Shown here: one piece after another, positions 38,570 to 52,162 of the stretch
Numbering within the stretch: the stretch's first letter is position 1
How the letters are laid out: each line of letters starts with the position of its first letter
DNA from: Camelus ferus
Lineage: Eukaryota
Reading direction: 5' to 3'
Assembly: GCF_009834535.1 (NCBI RefSeq)
Contig: NC_045697.1
Span: 44,766,001-44,830,000, forward strand
DNA: 64,000 nt
Notes under the pieces: generated by a model
The model's database searches: none
Seen by the model: the letters and a program-made list of their open reading frames with translations, nothing else
Told to the model about the DNA's origin: nothing
Translations under genes and position numbers: made by a program

Positions 38570-39775
38570 CTTTCTTTCTTTCTTCTTGTGATGAAAATGT
38601 TTAAGATTTACTCTCTTAGCAACCTTCAAATATACGATACAGTATTATTAACTCTGGTCATCATGCAGTACATTACAACTCCATGACTTATTTTATACCT
38701 GGGGTTTTGTACTTTTTAACCCCCTTCACCCATTTCTTCTACCCCCTCACCCACTGCCTCTGGCAACCACCCATCTGTTCTTTGTGCCCTGAAGCTCATT
38801 TGGTTCTTTTTTGTTCTTGTTTGCTTAGATTCCACATATAAATGGGATCATACAGTATTTGTCTTTCTCTGACTTAGCATAATGCCTTCATGGTCCATCT
38901 ATGTCGCAAATGGCAAGATTTTCTTCTTTTTTATATGATAATATTACATGGTGTATTATATATATATATGTATACATATACACACACATCATTCATTCAT
39001 TGATGGACACTTAGGTTGCTTCCATATTTTGGCTATTGTAAATAATGCTGCGAACTTGGGGGGAGGTGCATGTATCGTTTCAAGTTAATGTTTTCATTTT
39101 CTTAGGATATATGCCCGAGTGGAATTGCTGGATCATATGGTAGTTCTATTTTTAGTTTTTGAGGCGCCTCCGTACTGTTTTGCGTAAGTGGCTGCACCAA
39201 GTTTACATTCCCGCCAGCAGTGCACAAGTTTCCCTTTTTTCCACATTCGTGCTAGGGCTTGTTATCTCATCTTTTTGATGATATCCATCTTAACAGGTGT
39301 GACGTGATAATTGACTGTGGTTTTGATTTGCATCTTGCTGGTGATTAGTGACATTAAGCACCTTTTCACATACGCATTGGCCGTTTGTATGTCTTCTTTG
39401 GAAAAATGTCTATTGCCCACTTTTAAATTGGGATAATTTGGTTTTTTTGCTATTGAGCTGTATGAGATCCTAATGTACTTTAGATGATTTTCAAACATTT
39501 TGCCCCATGCGGTAGATTGTGCTTTCGTTTTGTTGACGGTCTCTTTGCTGTGCAGAAGCTTTTTACTTCGATGTAATTCCAGTTACTTATTTTTGCTTTT
39601 GTTGCCTTTGCTTTTGGTGTCAAATCCAAAAAATTATCTCCAAGGCTGATGTCAAGGAGCTTCCTTTCTTCTAGGATTTTTATGGTTTCAGGTCTTATGT
39701 TCAAATCTTTGATCCATTTTTAATTAATTTTTGTGTATGGCGTAAGATAGGGGTCCAATTTTATCTTCTTACAGA
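38570..39775 (-). mobile_element. L1 (L1MA-type) 3' ~1.2 kb with decayed ORF2
   Basis: ORFs 39262-39498 (NRHFSKEDIQTANAYVKRC) and 39480-39704 (IRPETIKILEE...KAKATKAKI...KSFCTAK) are ORF2 fragments; L1 3'UTR at lower coordinates. Confidence 0.92.
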
Positions 39776-39869
39776 TTTAGCTGTAGGCAAATTACAAAAC
39801 TGATACAATTTGTCTTCAGCATCTTTATAATTCCTTTCCTGCGGCTTTCTTTATTTTATATTGACTGTT

Positions 39870-40440
39870 GTAAGGGACAGAGATTAATTCAGGAAAGGCC
39901 AAGAGAAAAGGAGATTATATAATGGGCAATGAAGAAAGGAACTAGACCTCACAGAAATAGGAACTGGGAAGCCATTGAGAAAAAGCTTGGTTTCTCTCTC
40001 TTTCCCTACCCACCTCAGCGTCCAGCTATTCTCTGTCATATGTTTTATTCTCTGCTATCTCATTTACTTTGCTTATTTGTAACTTGGATTTTTAAAAAGT
40101 CATAATGGCCAACACTTTCTAGCATCCTTTTGGATTGTAACTCTTAACCTTTGGTTCCCATCACTGACTACTTCAGACTCCTTCTATTTCTGAGAGAGAG
40201 AGAGAGAATGAGAGAGAGAGAGGTATCTTACTGGTCCTCCTTATCTTTCTGAGCCAGGCTATAGGCTGCTTTCCAGCCCATCTGTTGGCTTCCCATTGGA
40301 TCACTTGTCCATCCTCAGACCAATTGTCTGTGCCTGAGGTGAGGAGCGAGGGCATGTGATGGGAACATGGCCATGGAGGCAGCAGGTGTTGTGAGTTGGT
40401 CACCCTTCCTTAGAAAGGAATATGCATGGGCAGGAAAGAC
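39870..40440. mobile_element. MaLR LTR (MLT1J/K-like) with a (GA)n tract
   Basis: ctgttggcttcccattggatcacttgtccatcctcagaccaattgtctgtgcc...catgtgatgggaacatggc; GA tract at 40192-40222. Confidence 0.5.
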
Positions 40441-40599
40441 CTACATCTCCAGTACCATGTCTCAGTCCATAATGCCCTCTTCCTGGCCTAATACCCTTCC
40501 TGTGGCCTAAGCATCCATTCTAAGCCTAAAGTTTGCCCAACACAATCCATAAGTACTCATCCTTTTTGTTCAGCTAAAGCCCTTTACCTAGATAGAGTG

Positions 40600-41390
40600 G
40601 ATATGGTCCCTACGTGTCAGGCACTGAACCAGTCACTTGAGATACAAAATTGAATGGGATATGGTCCCTATTTTCAAGGAGTTTGCAATATAGTTAAAGA
40701 GATGGACCAGTATACCATCAACTAAGTTTTAGTGTGCTCAATGCTATTACAGATTGGTATAACTAAAGTGTGTTTTCAGAGTCCAGTGGTGAAGGTTAAT
40801 AATTTTGCATGAATAGAAAGAGAGAGCTGAATAAGACTTCACAGAAGACCTGACATTGCAAGTGGGTTTTGAAAGATGAATTGGAGTTGAGAAGGGGATG
40901 AAGGAATCAGCAAAGCCGTAGAGATATCAGTCACAGCCTGCGAGACAACTGTTCTGCCTGATGCATGAAGTTCACGGGAGCAGGGGTTCTGCTAAGTTAC
41001 GGGCTGGAAAAGTAGGGTGGAACCTAACTACTGTCACGGTGCAACAGAGCAGGTGCTTACTAAACCAACAATAGGTGTTTACTAAACATCTAATGTGTGT
41101 CAAAAAAGAGCTCAGAAGAGAGCTGTATTTATGACATCATAGTTAAATGCATAGGTGTGGATGATATCTTCCAGGAAGACCATGAAAAGAAAAAATGGAC
41201 TGGGGGTGGTGATGAGGGGGAGATATCCCCAAACAGCATATTGAAAAAGTAGGAGGAGAACCAGGGGAGTGTAGAGGTAGAGGCCAAGGGAAATAGGAGT
41301 GGTCAGCAGTGTCAGGAGCTGCAGAATGGTCAGATCAGTTGAAGACTGCAATTTGGCGTTTAGGAAGATTATGACAAGTGAGATATAGAA
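40600..41390 (-). mobile_element. L2 LINE fragments
   Basis: tacgtgtcaggcactg...atggtccctattttcaaggagttt...gaggagaaccaggggagtgtagaggtagaggccaagg. Confidence 0.7.
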
Positions 41391-42349
41391 CAGCGAGGGA
41401 GTGGGGGTCTGGGGGTTGAGGGTAGCAGGTAGTCACCTCCCCGTTTCGCCTAGAGCTGACCCTGCACAAAGCAATCTCATCTACATCAGACTGAATAATT
41501 TGTTAGAAGCTCTTGGAAAAGGTTTGTTGAGGAAGGAGATTGAAGCTCTTGGCTTCAATGAAGGTTCTGGATTATTTATGGATTTAATTTATCCCTGTGA
41601 TCCATGTCCCCAGTTGACACAGGCTATCCAGAGCTAGCTGCATTTTTTTTCTTCTTGAAAAAGTGGGAAGAATATTTAATCACAACTGAGTTGCACTAAT
41701 AGAGATTTTAATAAAACTGGGCTGAGCTAGGACTGGGAGGTTGCAGGAGCAGTCAGAGAGTGAATGTTCCTCTGGGTGCACTCTGTGCATGGGCAGAATT
41801 TTTAGGCCTGAAATATAGTATTTAATCCAGAGAGCTCACATGGTTTTCACTAATGCAGTTTAATTTAAAGTCCATACAAACGCATAATATATAGACAGAA
41901 TTTTCTGAGAATGTAGGCCTCCCTATAACTTGGACAAAACTTAAAAAGAAAATGTTTGATAAATTTGATAGCATGCTCATTTAAATTAGTGTACCTTCTG
42001 TGGAAATCAAGGTAAAGACTATTGACTGACACCCCACCCTCCCCTTCTACATATTTGTCAACCTTTCTTTGAAAGTAAGTGAGAGGGTCTGAAGAATTAT
42101 CACCACCCGCAGCTTAGGGATCATCTCATACAACATCTCCATTTTGTGATGAGGAAACTGAGGGCCACGGAGGAGAAATGATGTGTCCAGGGTGCCTAAC
42201 TGTTTTGTGCCAGAGCTAGGAAGAGAGCTGCATTTAGGGTACTTGCTAAAGGGCAAAACCCACCTTACTACTGACGCTAGCAATAAAAAAGCAGCATGGG
42301 CAAAATCCTACCAACTCCCCTCACTCCTCTCTAGGCCTCTTTAATCCAG

Positions 42350-42880
42350 CCGGAGTTTTCTTTCCAAAACAAGTCTAATTGTGCTAGTCCTTCTACATAA
42401 AAGTCTTCAATGGCTCCCCATTGCCTATGGGGTGAAGTTCAGATTCCTTTGGATAATAAGCAGAGCCCTACCCATTTCCCTGGTCCTGTGTGCCCACTTC
42501 CTCCCCCTCAAGCTCTGCCATTCGGACGTAATTCCTGGTGTGCAGTCCTGGAGTCATGCTCTCACACCTCTTCTCTGTCGGTCTCTGGGGTCCCTGTCTG
42601 GCTCCCAGTGCTTAGCAATGCCTGTTCATCATCCAGACTCAGCCTAGGCACCGCTGCCGCCAGAGGCTCTCCTGCACCTTCTCCCTGCTGCTCCCTGTCA
42701 TGGAGGTTGCATTTCTCTGTATAATACCTGCCACAGTGATTGGAAGTCATCTGCTTATACGTTTGACTATTCGACTAGGAGATCCTTGAGTTCAGAGAGA
42801 GTGTCTTACTCATCTTTACATTCTGAGTGCACAATACCTGGCATGTGCGGGTGCTCCATAAATGGTCATCGAATTGGATT
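42350..42880 (+). mobile_element. L2 LINE 3' region
   Basis: cttcaatggctccccattgcctatgggg...gatccttgagttcagagagagtgtcttactcatc...gtgctccataaatgg. Confidence 0.75.
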
Positions 42881-45624
42881 AAACAATAACACCAACAAAT
42901 CCAGTAGTTGTGAGCCCCTAATAGAAAACTGAGATGAGGTTCTCCCGTGAGCCCTTACCAGTTTGACACTGCACCCCACTGTGCCCACCTCTCCCATCTG
43001 CTCTCCGTAACCTGATGGAAAAATTGGCCAACTCATTACTCTCCAGGGACACCATGTGCATTTATTGCTCCCACTGTGCCCTCGTCTGTAGTGTTACCCT
43101 GCTGGCAAGCCCATCCTCCTTGTTTATCTGGAAGCTGTTGACTACCTGTATGCCTGACAGTGTGAGGCCTCGTATCTTCACCTTCCAGGCCCTTCAAGTC
43201 TTGTTCATACTTGTGTCTTCTAACCAATGGCCTCAGCCCTCTTTATCACTTTATCACTTCCTATAGGTACTGCATGTTTGATATTTAATATAAACTATTT
43301 TTACGGTTAATTTTCATTCTGGGACTATTACATACCTATTCAACTAAGTTATAAGACTCTCGAGGGCAGGAACCGTATCTTCAGCTCTTAACTTTAGGAA
43401 GTGCCTTAATAGATGTTGGCCAGTGTTTCAGAGGACTCAGGGGACTTTCTCATGGTGAGGCTCTGTGGTTTTGCTACTGGATTCAGCTGAGTGTGTTATT
43501 CATGGTGGCAGGTCAGGCTGGCCATGGTCAGGGATTCTGGAACTGAATGGTCATTTTCTGAATAATTGTCCCCAAGTTCACTAAAAGTAAATATCTCCCA
43601 GATGGGAAGACTAGATCATGTAAAGATTTCCCCAACTTTAAGTGATTTACTGACTTAATACATTAGCAATTAAAATCTGATTGGGATGGAAGAGAAGGGT
43701 TTATCTGAAAGAACAGTCAGAATTTACAAAGGAAATTCTGAAAAAGTGTATTTTGAGAGGTTATCCCTATCAGATCTTGAAGCACAAAAAGTTATAGTAG
43801 TTAAAATATTTTGTACTCATCCACAGATTGAAAAATATTTCATTCTTTTGTTGTTGTACGTATATATGTTTCATATTATAATGCATTTGTAAAAAATGTC
43901 TGTAACCAATCTCATCTTGCTCTCGGTCTTCACCGGAACAGTACAAATCTTAGTATGCCTTTTCTTTTTCTCTTCCTAGGGACAGCAGGGGAAGGAAGTA
44001 GATTATCCAAAAAAAAAAAAAAAAAAAAAAGGCATTGGGAAGTATTTCAAAAAACCATGGCCCTTTCACCTGAAAAAATTAATTGTATGATTCAAGACAT
44101 AACAGAAAACAGAGGCAAAGGACAGATTTTTTTTCTTCTTGAAAATACTATTGGGATGACTAGTTAGCAGTTGGGGCTGGACTTAATTTAGACTATCTAG
44201 TAAAATAAATACCAAATGGAAAGTATAAAAAGAAAAAAAAAGTAAAAAAAGTCAAACCACAGTCGAACATGAGGAAAATAATGTGAAGGTTTATCATAAA
44301 CCAGAGGAGGGTGTATTTTATGTGTTTGCATTTTAGAAAGGGCTTCATGATGACTTTGCAGCACATGGAGATCTACAGTAATTGTGCCGACTGCCCAGCA
44401 CTGTGTCCCTAACAGCGTCTGGCATGTCGTGGGCTCAGTAACTACTTGTAGAATGTGGGGACGCGTGGACATCTGAACGGATGTGTAGACCCTTCAATGT
44501 GATGAGCTGTGAGGGGTCTCTGTATGCCTGTTTTGGTTCTCTTGAACCCGGGAGAAAGGAGGCGAAAAGACCTCCTGGGGCCATCAGGCATCACTTCGGA
44601 CACTTCAGGGCTGAGCTAGTCTTCATGCTCTGTGGGAAGATGGTGCAGAGGAGGATGAGACCTCAGAATCAAAAGGTACAAATATAAAGCTCCTTCAAGG
44701 CTGTAGGATGGGGAGGGAGTGGACTGGTGGAAGAGGTGAGTTTCTAAGTGCTCTTCAGGTCGTCTTAATCCTCTTCTCCTTTCTGTTGTGGCAGATCCAA
44801 TGGTGGCCTCTCCTATTCCTGCTCCCTTTTCTAGCTAAAATAGCTTGCAGAGGTGCAAGCCAAAAAAGGAGTGCCTTCCTCTGGACTTTTGTTGGTTTCA
44901 TGAATTAGTGCCTGCTTTGTGCCTTCACAGAGCTAGAGAGAAGACGGACATTACCCTTCCTTTGGAGTTTATCAAATGAAAATATCTGGTCTTTATTAGT
45001 ATTTTCCTTATGGCATTGTGTTTTCAGAGAATGCTGAAGATTAGGCTTTGGCAGGTTAATTAGCCTTGGAAATGTATGAATCCAGAATACATTATAGTCA
45101 TTTGTCTTGGCCTTGTTCTTGCGGCAAGTTCATCATTGTTTTATTTTTGAGCCCTGCTCCTTCTTTTCATCCTGTCTGTAGAGTTATTAATAGTAATAGG
45201 AGCTTCCCGGCTTCAGTCAGCGGCGTGCCTGAGAGGGATGTTCAAAAGAGATAGGAAGGATTCATCTTCCAAGTAATTTGTATGCCGGGGAGTACTGCTC
45301 CTTAGAAACCCTGTTCTTTGTAGCTGACGTGGTTTGTGATAGGGCTAGCATAGAGGGGTGAACCACAGCAACCAGGGAAGACAGGGAAAAACTGGACCTT
45401 AGGACTGAAACACTCCTCCCCAACCCCAGGGCTAGACAGGTGCTAAGGTTGGGCCAGGTGGAGGCACCAGCTAGCAGTGGGAAGAAAGAACAAGGCAGGT
45501 AGGCAGACCAGGGCACCCAAGTGGTCATGGGACAGTCTTAGAAGAGGGTTTGAATGTGGAGGGCAGGCAGCAGGGCATATGGGAGATAATGATTAAGTGC
45601 AGTGGTTAGAAAGGGCAGCTTTCA

Positions 45625-46075
45625 GAAACAATGCAGATGTTCATCAACGAATGAATGGCTAGGCAAAATGTGGTATATACATATAATGGAATATTATTCA
45701 GCCTTAGAAAGGAAAGAAATCCTGACAGATGCTACAATATGGAGGAACCTTGAGGACATTATGCTAAATGAAATAAATCAATCACAAAAAACCCCCAAAC
45801 ACTGTTTGTATGATTCCACTTATCAAAGGTTCTTAGATTAGTCAGATTCATAGATACAGAAAGTAGAATAGTTGTGGTTTCCAGGCACTGGAGGAATTGA
45901 GGAAGGAGGAGTTGTTTAACAGGTACAGAGTTTCAGTTTTGCAAGATAAAAAAGTTCAGGAGGTCAGTTGCACAACAACGTGAATGCACTTAATATTACT
46001 GAACTGTACACTTAAAAATGGGTACTGTGGTAAATTTTGTTATGTGGATTTTGCCACAATTACAGATTTTAAAAG
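45625..46075 (+). mobile_element. L1MB-type 3' end
   Basis: ORF fragment EWLGKMWYIHIMEYYSALERKEIL followed by 3'UTR tactgaactgtacacttaaaaatgg. Confidence 0.9.
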
Positions 46076-46848
46076 ATCAGAGATGATCTAAAAGGGAAAA
46101 AGGAAGATGGTGTAGAAGACACACTGTCTGAGTCCAAATCCTGGCATAGACACTGTAATATGGGACTGACAATTACACTACCTATACTATAGGATTTTTT
46201 GTGAAAACTAAGTGAGATACTATATGGAAAGCCCTTGGCTCTTGGAAGAGCGCAACAGTGTTAGTTTTCACCATGATTATCAGGATGATATGTAACATTT
46301 TAAGTGCACAAGCAGGCAGTTTGCTTTACAATGTCTGCAAGTGTTCTAAGGGCATAGGGTCCCAGATACCAGGCTCAGATTGAGGAACGTGACTTCAGTT
46401 CTTAGTGGGGCCTATAAAGAACAAGGTGTGACCTCATGTCAGAGTCAGCAAATGTTTATGGAGTACATGTTAAGGGCCAGGTTCTGCTCAAAGGGTAGAA
46501 AGACAATTAATGTAATCCTACTCACAGTATGGTGGATGTATTGTTGAGTTATTAATGGGAAAATCCAGTTATCTGAATTGCAATACCTCATAAGGACTTT
46601 GTTAAGTATGTTGCACAACCCCAGTCAGTTATTAGAGTAACGCCGCAAGAAAAAAACAAGATTAACAGTGATAGTTGTGCTATTTATTAAGACTTTGCCG
46701 ATTCCTAGTGACAAATTCCACCCGAAACTAGCTTGAGCACATCATTTAATTTATTGTTTTCTGTAGGGAAAATCTGGTCATATACCTGACTTCAGGCATG
46801 GCTGGACCCAGGTTGTCACATGATGTTGGAACTCTCTCGGCAACTCTT

Positions 46849-46978
46849 TTTTTTTTTTTTTTTTAACATTTTTTAATTGATTTATAATCATTTTACAATG
46901 TTGTGTCAAATTCCAGTGTAGAGGCCAGTTTTTCAGTTATACACGAACATGCGTATATTCATTGTCACATTTTTTTCT
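46849..46978 (-). mobile_element. Very short young L1 3' end (same family as 20543-21681) with 17-bp TSD
   Basis: Poly-T then aacattttttaattgatttataatcattttacaatgttgtgtcaaattccag; TSD ctctctcggcaactctt (46832-46848) and ctctcttggcaactctt (46979-46995). Confidence 0.93.
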
Positions 46979-47199
46979 CTCTCTTGGCAACTCTTGACTC
47001 TGCTTTTCCCGGTATTGGTGTCATTCTCTGGCAGCTCTTCGTGACGTGGGTAACACAGCCACTAATGATCCGTGGTTTATATTCTAGTAAATTAACACTC
47101 CTGTTCTTCCTCTGTTTCTTTTCTTCCCATCTTTTCCTTTCCCTTCCTGAACCGTTCCACTTGAAAGCCATTAAATGGGGCTGAGCAAGATAAGAGTCT

Positions 47200-48110
47200 T
47201 CCCTGGGGGCAGGGGTGGCACAGAGCAGGGTGCTGGCAGTGAGAAGTGCATCCCAGCGGGAGGGTGGTCTGTGCCAGGCATTAGAGTCCAAGGTGGGTAA
47301 CGAGAGCATCCAGGTAGGAGGGCTGCTTGGTGCATCATGTCTGAGCTTGAGTTGGGTGAGGAGGTGTCCATTCAGTGCCGGTGCTGGAGATCAGTGTCCA
47401 GGACGGAGGATGGCCTGGCATGGAGTGTCGGAGCCCAGGCAGGGTGAGGAGGGTGTCCATGGAAGAAGGTGGCCCAGAGTGAGGTGTCAGTGCCTGAGAA
47501 GTGTGAGAAGGCTCCCCCTGTGAAGGTTGGGGGCAGCTCTGGGACAGGGTCAGAGCCCAGGCAGGGAATGAAGGGGCCAGGTTGCAACTGTGACAGAAAC
47601 GTAGTACAAACATGGAAAGGGAGGAAAGTAAAATCAGCCCTGTGGTCCTGGGTTGGAACTGGAGGTACTGGTGTGAATTCATGATTTTCTTGTTATGGAT
47701 GGTTAGATAGCTAGCTAGATAGCTAGATAGGTAGATAAATAGGTGGAAAGTTAGAGATGTAGAGTAAAATATACGTATAAATGTAAATGTGTATCTATGC
47801 AGTAGAAATTACTTTCTAAATGTAAATATCTATAGTTTTTAATACCATTCTTCACTGAAAGGAACCAGGGGTCCTTGGAGAAATGGTTGATTAAAGGGTT
47901 GGGTCAGGGAAGGCACAGTGTGAGCTGGAAAGTTTTGTGCAGGAAAGTAAGGAAGGGCTCAGAGGATGAGAGGGACATGTCCAGAGGACTCAGGAATAGT
48001 TTGAAGGTCCCCACTGGCCACTTCTGGGGGCCAGTGGAATTTCAAAATAAATAACGATTCCAAGAAGTCAGTACCCACTGAATGAAACAGGGAACTGTGA
48101 GTTCAAACGG
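47200..48110 (+). mobile_element. L1MC/MD-type 3'UTR with internal degenerate tandem units
   Basis: Repeated gtcrgagcccaggcaggg-type units, then ggaactggaggtactggtgtgaattcatg and gtccttggagaaatggttgatt. Confidence 0.65.
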
Positions 48111-48211
48111 ACACAGACTGGAAGCTGATGAAGAACTACGAGGCAAGGACATACATGTAGTCTCACCACAGAATACTTATTCACTATGAAGGGAAGGGGG
48201 TGGGAAGGAGG

Positions 48212-48740
48212 TGTTTCCTAAAGAAAGGCTGACGTGCAAACTCGTTCTGCTCGCTGCATGACAGGCCAACACATTGGTAGACAAACTGTTGAGACAAGGA
48301 ATAATGACTTTATTTGAAAAGCCAGCAGACTGAGAAAATGGCAGACTCATGTCCTGGAGAGCCATCTCCCCTCCCCCACGTCACAATTCAGGCTCCTTTT
48401 ATACTAAAAAGGGGAAGGGGTGTGATTAGTTGCTGTAAGCCTCTTGGTGTCAGAATCCTTTGTTCTTGCAGCTGTCCATGTAGGTCAGGTCATGGTGTCC
48501 CTGTAAACCTCCAATAAGGCAAGTGTTATTTCCTATTCTGCAACTTTTAATCTTTATACGAATGGGAAAGTGTTATAACCTTAAAGGTTGGAGCTTTGAG
48601 AATGGGCTAGCCTGTATATTTCATGCTACGGGCAAAATTCTTTTACAAAAAAGTACAGAACCAGCTTGACTGGAAGCAGCACAGGGTTAGAGCCAAAGGA
48701 ACAGATTAATATGAAGTCAGATTTGTTCTTCCCTATTACA
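48212..48740. mobile_element. ERV1-type solo LTR, probably lineage-restricted
   Basis: TG...CA ends; gactttatttgaaaagccagcagactgagaa and tttgttcttgcagctgtccatgtaggtcaggtc resemble laurasiatherian ERV1 LTRs; no clean TSD. Confidence 0.65.
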
Positions 48741-50739
48741 GGGTTGGAGATGTCCTGTTGCATGAGGAGGCTGACCTCACAGCCTCTAACTCTAGGGTCC
48801 TCTGGCTCCATTTGGGTTTGGCCACTGGGCAGTGGCATTGGAGTGTGGGAGGGTGCGGGGACAGAGTTCCCTGACTCTCTGACAGCTGGGTTGCAGTGTG
48901 GCAGCTGCGGGGCTCCCGGTGCCCCCCTCTCTCATGGCTGCAGCTGTCCCCTGGGCTGGCGGCACTGATGTTAGCCTGGGGTGCATCCCCACCCCTTACT
49001 GGTTTCCCTTCATCCTGTCTACACCTCTGTGCCACATCCTTTCACTAAACTCCCTTTAGAATGCCCTCTGTCTCCTGCTGGGAGCCCGCCTGCTGCAGTG
49101 ATGTAGCACTGTTAATGGAAAGAAAGGCAAAGAGACGTCCAGCAGCAGCTGAGGCTGACTCACCGCTGCTCCCGGATAAGAACATCTGGTCATCTCCCCC
49201 AGACGGGACTGGGCCCACGGCTGTGCAGTGACCCACTGTGTGGGAAGAGCTGAAAATCAGAGGAAGGGAATCTGGGAGGGCCTGACAGCAGCTCAGTGAC
49301 CAGAGAGGAATTCTGTCCCAGTCACTTACACAGATACTCCTCCGCAAGGGGAGACTCCTGAAATTTCTGTTGGAGGTTCAGATACTTTCCCTCTCCCTCA
49401 GTCAAGGAGGCGGTGGTCCTACGTGATGAAAGAATTGCCGTTCAGAGCATCATAGGTCTTTTGAATTCAACTGTCTTCATGATTTCTTCCAAAGATAATC
49501 GGGTTAAAAACAATCCACAGGTCAAGGGAGTGTCTTCTTTTAACACTATGCAGTTTTACTGCACTGTTATCACCTGACAAAGCATCCAGTGGTGGATACT
49601 CCTGTTTCTGGAACCTTTCCATTTTTAGCCATTTCTTCTTTTGTAGTCTGGAAGGCAAGCACAGACAAGGACACGAAGTGGAAGGGGAGCGTTCTTAATG
49701 TCACATCAGCTCAGCGGTGTCCCTTGTCCCAGTCTCTGAACCTGGGGGTGACACTTCTGAGTACAGCCTGCTAAGAGAGCCAGCTTACTGGGTTGCTAAT
49801 CACCCCATTTGCAGAGTGAGCCCTTAAATTACCCTGCAGCTCCAATTAAGGGAACTCAAACCAGGGCCCAAATTTAAGATTGCTCCCTTGTCAGTTTCAT
49901 CTTGGGGTTTAAATTGAATTCTTAATGTTGGTAGAGAAAACTGACATGTGTCCTAGTTCTGTTGGAAGTAGGAGAGAAATCATATAGTGGGGCCCCTTTT
50001 CCAACGTGAGCAGGATCACTGGTGGGGAAAAGGGTTGATATTTGCTGGGAGAGGTCACTTAAATTCCCATTTGGTTTCCATTAAAGTCCTGCTTGTTCTG
50101 TGCTCAGTCACAACTGTAGACTTAGCTATCAGAATGCTCTTTGTCATAAACAGATCTGGTAAACATAATCATATCCCCCCCTGCTGTTTTCAGCCTTGGA
50201 ATAACTTTACAGGACACACTGTTCTAATTCACATTGACTTACAAGAGTTCAGGTCTCAATTCCAGGACACTTGGTATAATTTGATTATAGAAGAAAATCA
50301 TGGATTTCTTTTGTAACATTTCCTTCAGCTACTGCTGCCTCTTGTCAAGTACGTATGTGTCTGTGGTGGTGGAGGATTAGCCTTATTAGGTAGCCTAGCT
50401 TTATTTAAAGGTATTGAAGTCTACAATAAAGTACCTTGCAGAGGGTCGTCAAGTTAGATGCACCTGATATTGTGAATGTTTGTTGCAGATGTGGTGCCAG
50501 TTAAATAATAACCCTTCCCCATCCTGCCTCCCCGCAGAGCTGCCTCTGGACAACACCTTGGCGTCCTTGGCCGCTGATGCCAGCTCAGGTCTGACTTGGG
50601 TAGACTTCTGATCTACTACCTTTACCCCACGACTTCCTTTCTTTTGAAGCAGTTATTCGTGCAACGTGGTTTCTGGGTAGTCTCTGATTTCTGTTACTCT
50701 AGACACTGCTAATTCTTCCTTGGGCAGTTATTCTCATAT

Positions 50740-51000
50740 AAATAGCAGGGTTTTTAAGACCATGGGCTTTGAATCAGATGGATTGGTTCAAATCTTGGTT
50801 CTGCCATTTCTCAGCACCATGACTTTGGGCAAATGATTTTGCTCTGTATGCCTCAGTCTTCCCATCTATAAAACTGAGATCGTAATACAATTATGCTTCT
50901 CTCGTGGCCGTATTATGAGAGTTCTGTAGAAACATGTAAGTTGGAGGGCAGGTGGAAACACATTGTAAATGCTCAGAAAATGTGCGTTGTTGATGTTATT
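50740..51000 (+). mobile_element. MIR SINE
   Basis: ggttcaaatcttggttctgccatt...tttgggcaaatg...gcctcagtcttcccatctataaaa. Confidence 0.8.
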
Positions 51001-51545
51001 ATTTTTATTTTAGTTTCTTCTTTGTCTTTCTTCCTTCCCCATCTTTCCTCTCTTTTCTAATTTTTACTCATTTATTTGAGGAAAGCAAGTTTTTTCTCCC
51101 CCTTTTGATGGTCTCTTCTCATTTCTGAGTTTTTCGAGCTTGAACACAGGTGACAATAGGCAGTAAGTAGTCAGTCCCCAGTGCGGGCTGGCCTGGGCAC
51201 GGTGTGCCCTGTGCAGGGAGCTGCTTAGCAGCTTGTTTTGTTCTCCTGCTACTCTTCACCGACAGTCGTCCTAAGTGCCCCGAGTCGCAGCTGCTCCAGA
51301 GCAGAGTAACGCTGGGCTGAACTTGAATCAAGAAAAGCAAAAGCATCTGCTTGGGAGGGAAGTTGGGGGTATCAGACCCGAGGCATCATTTATTAGCAGT
51401 GGATACCATGTCCTGAAATTTCTAGTAAGGCCTCTTCAGAATTCCAGAGTGTCTACTTCAGTCTCCATCTTCTTCAAATTAAGTATGCTTTTTTTATTCA
51501 CACTATTCTTCAAGATATACAGAAAAAGCAAAATTGTTCTTAAAT

Positions 51546-52162
51546 TGATTTTAGTATTTTTCTGCTTTGTATAAGTGTTAGTATTGTGATAGTGCACTAT
51601 TTTTTAAGTGGACTTGCAGAGAGCATTTCAATCATATCAGAGGTTAAATAGGCCTTTGTGTTTTTCCCCTATAAAATGACTTCTATGGGGAAAATAAACT
51701 CTATGTCTTTAATGCCTAACTAATGAAAGACATTTTTAGAAGTTTATAAGTGGGGACTGAATGCAAAGCATGATACGGACAATACAGGTGATATTTTACC
51801 AGGCCCACTGTCCATTCTGTCTAGGTAAGACATTTACCAGGAGAGATCAAAGAACTCATTTATGTCAAATGGAAATGATATTTCTCTGGAATTGGATTGC
51901 CTTTTGTATTAGTCAAAATTCTCCAGACAAATAGAACCAATAGGAAATACACATATATATTATCACATATATTATATATATTATTTATATATAGTATATA
52001 TTTATATGTTATACATTTATTATTTATATATAATATATATTTATGTATTATACAAAGGCCTATTTAACCTCTGATATGATTGAAATGCTCTCTGCAAGTC
52101 CACTTAAAAATAGTACAGTATCACAATACTAACACTTACACAAAGCAAATATACTAAAATCA
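51546..52162. repeat. Inverted repeat: arms 51546-51659 and 52052-52162, spacer 392 bp
   Basis: 59-bp perfect reverse-complement core (51601-51659 vs 52052-52110) plus ~52 bp of outer arm with a few differences. Confidence 0.97.

Noticed and set aside
47260..47570. Regularly spaced GC-rich repeats resembling an array
   Set aside because: Degenerate internal units of an old L1MC/MD 3'UTR; no identical repeats with unique spacers, so not CRISPR-like.
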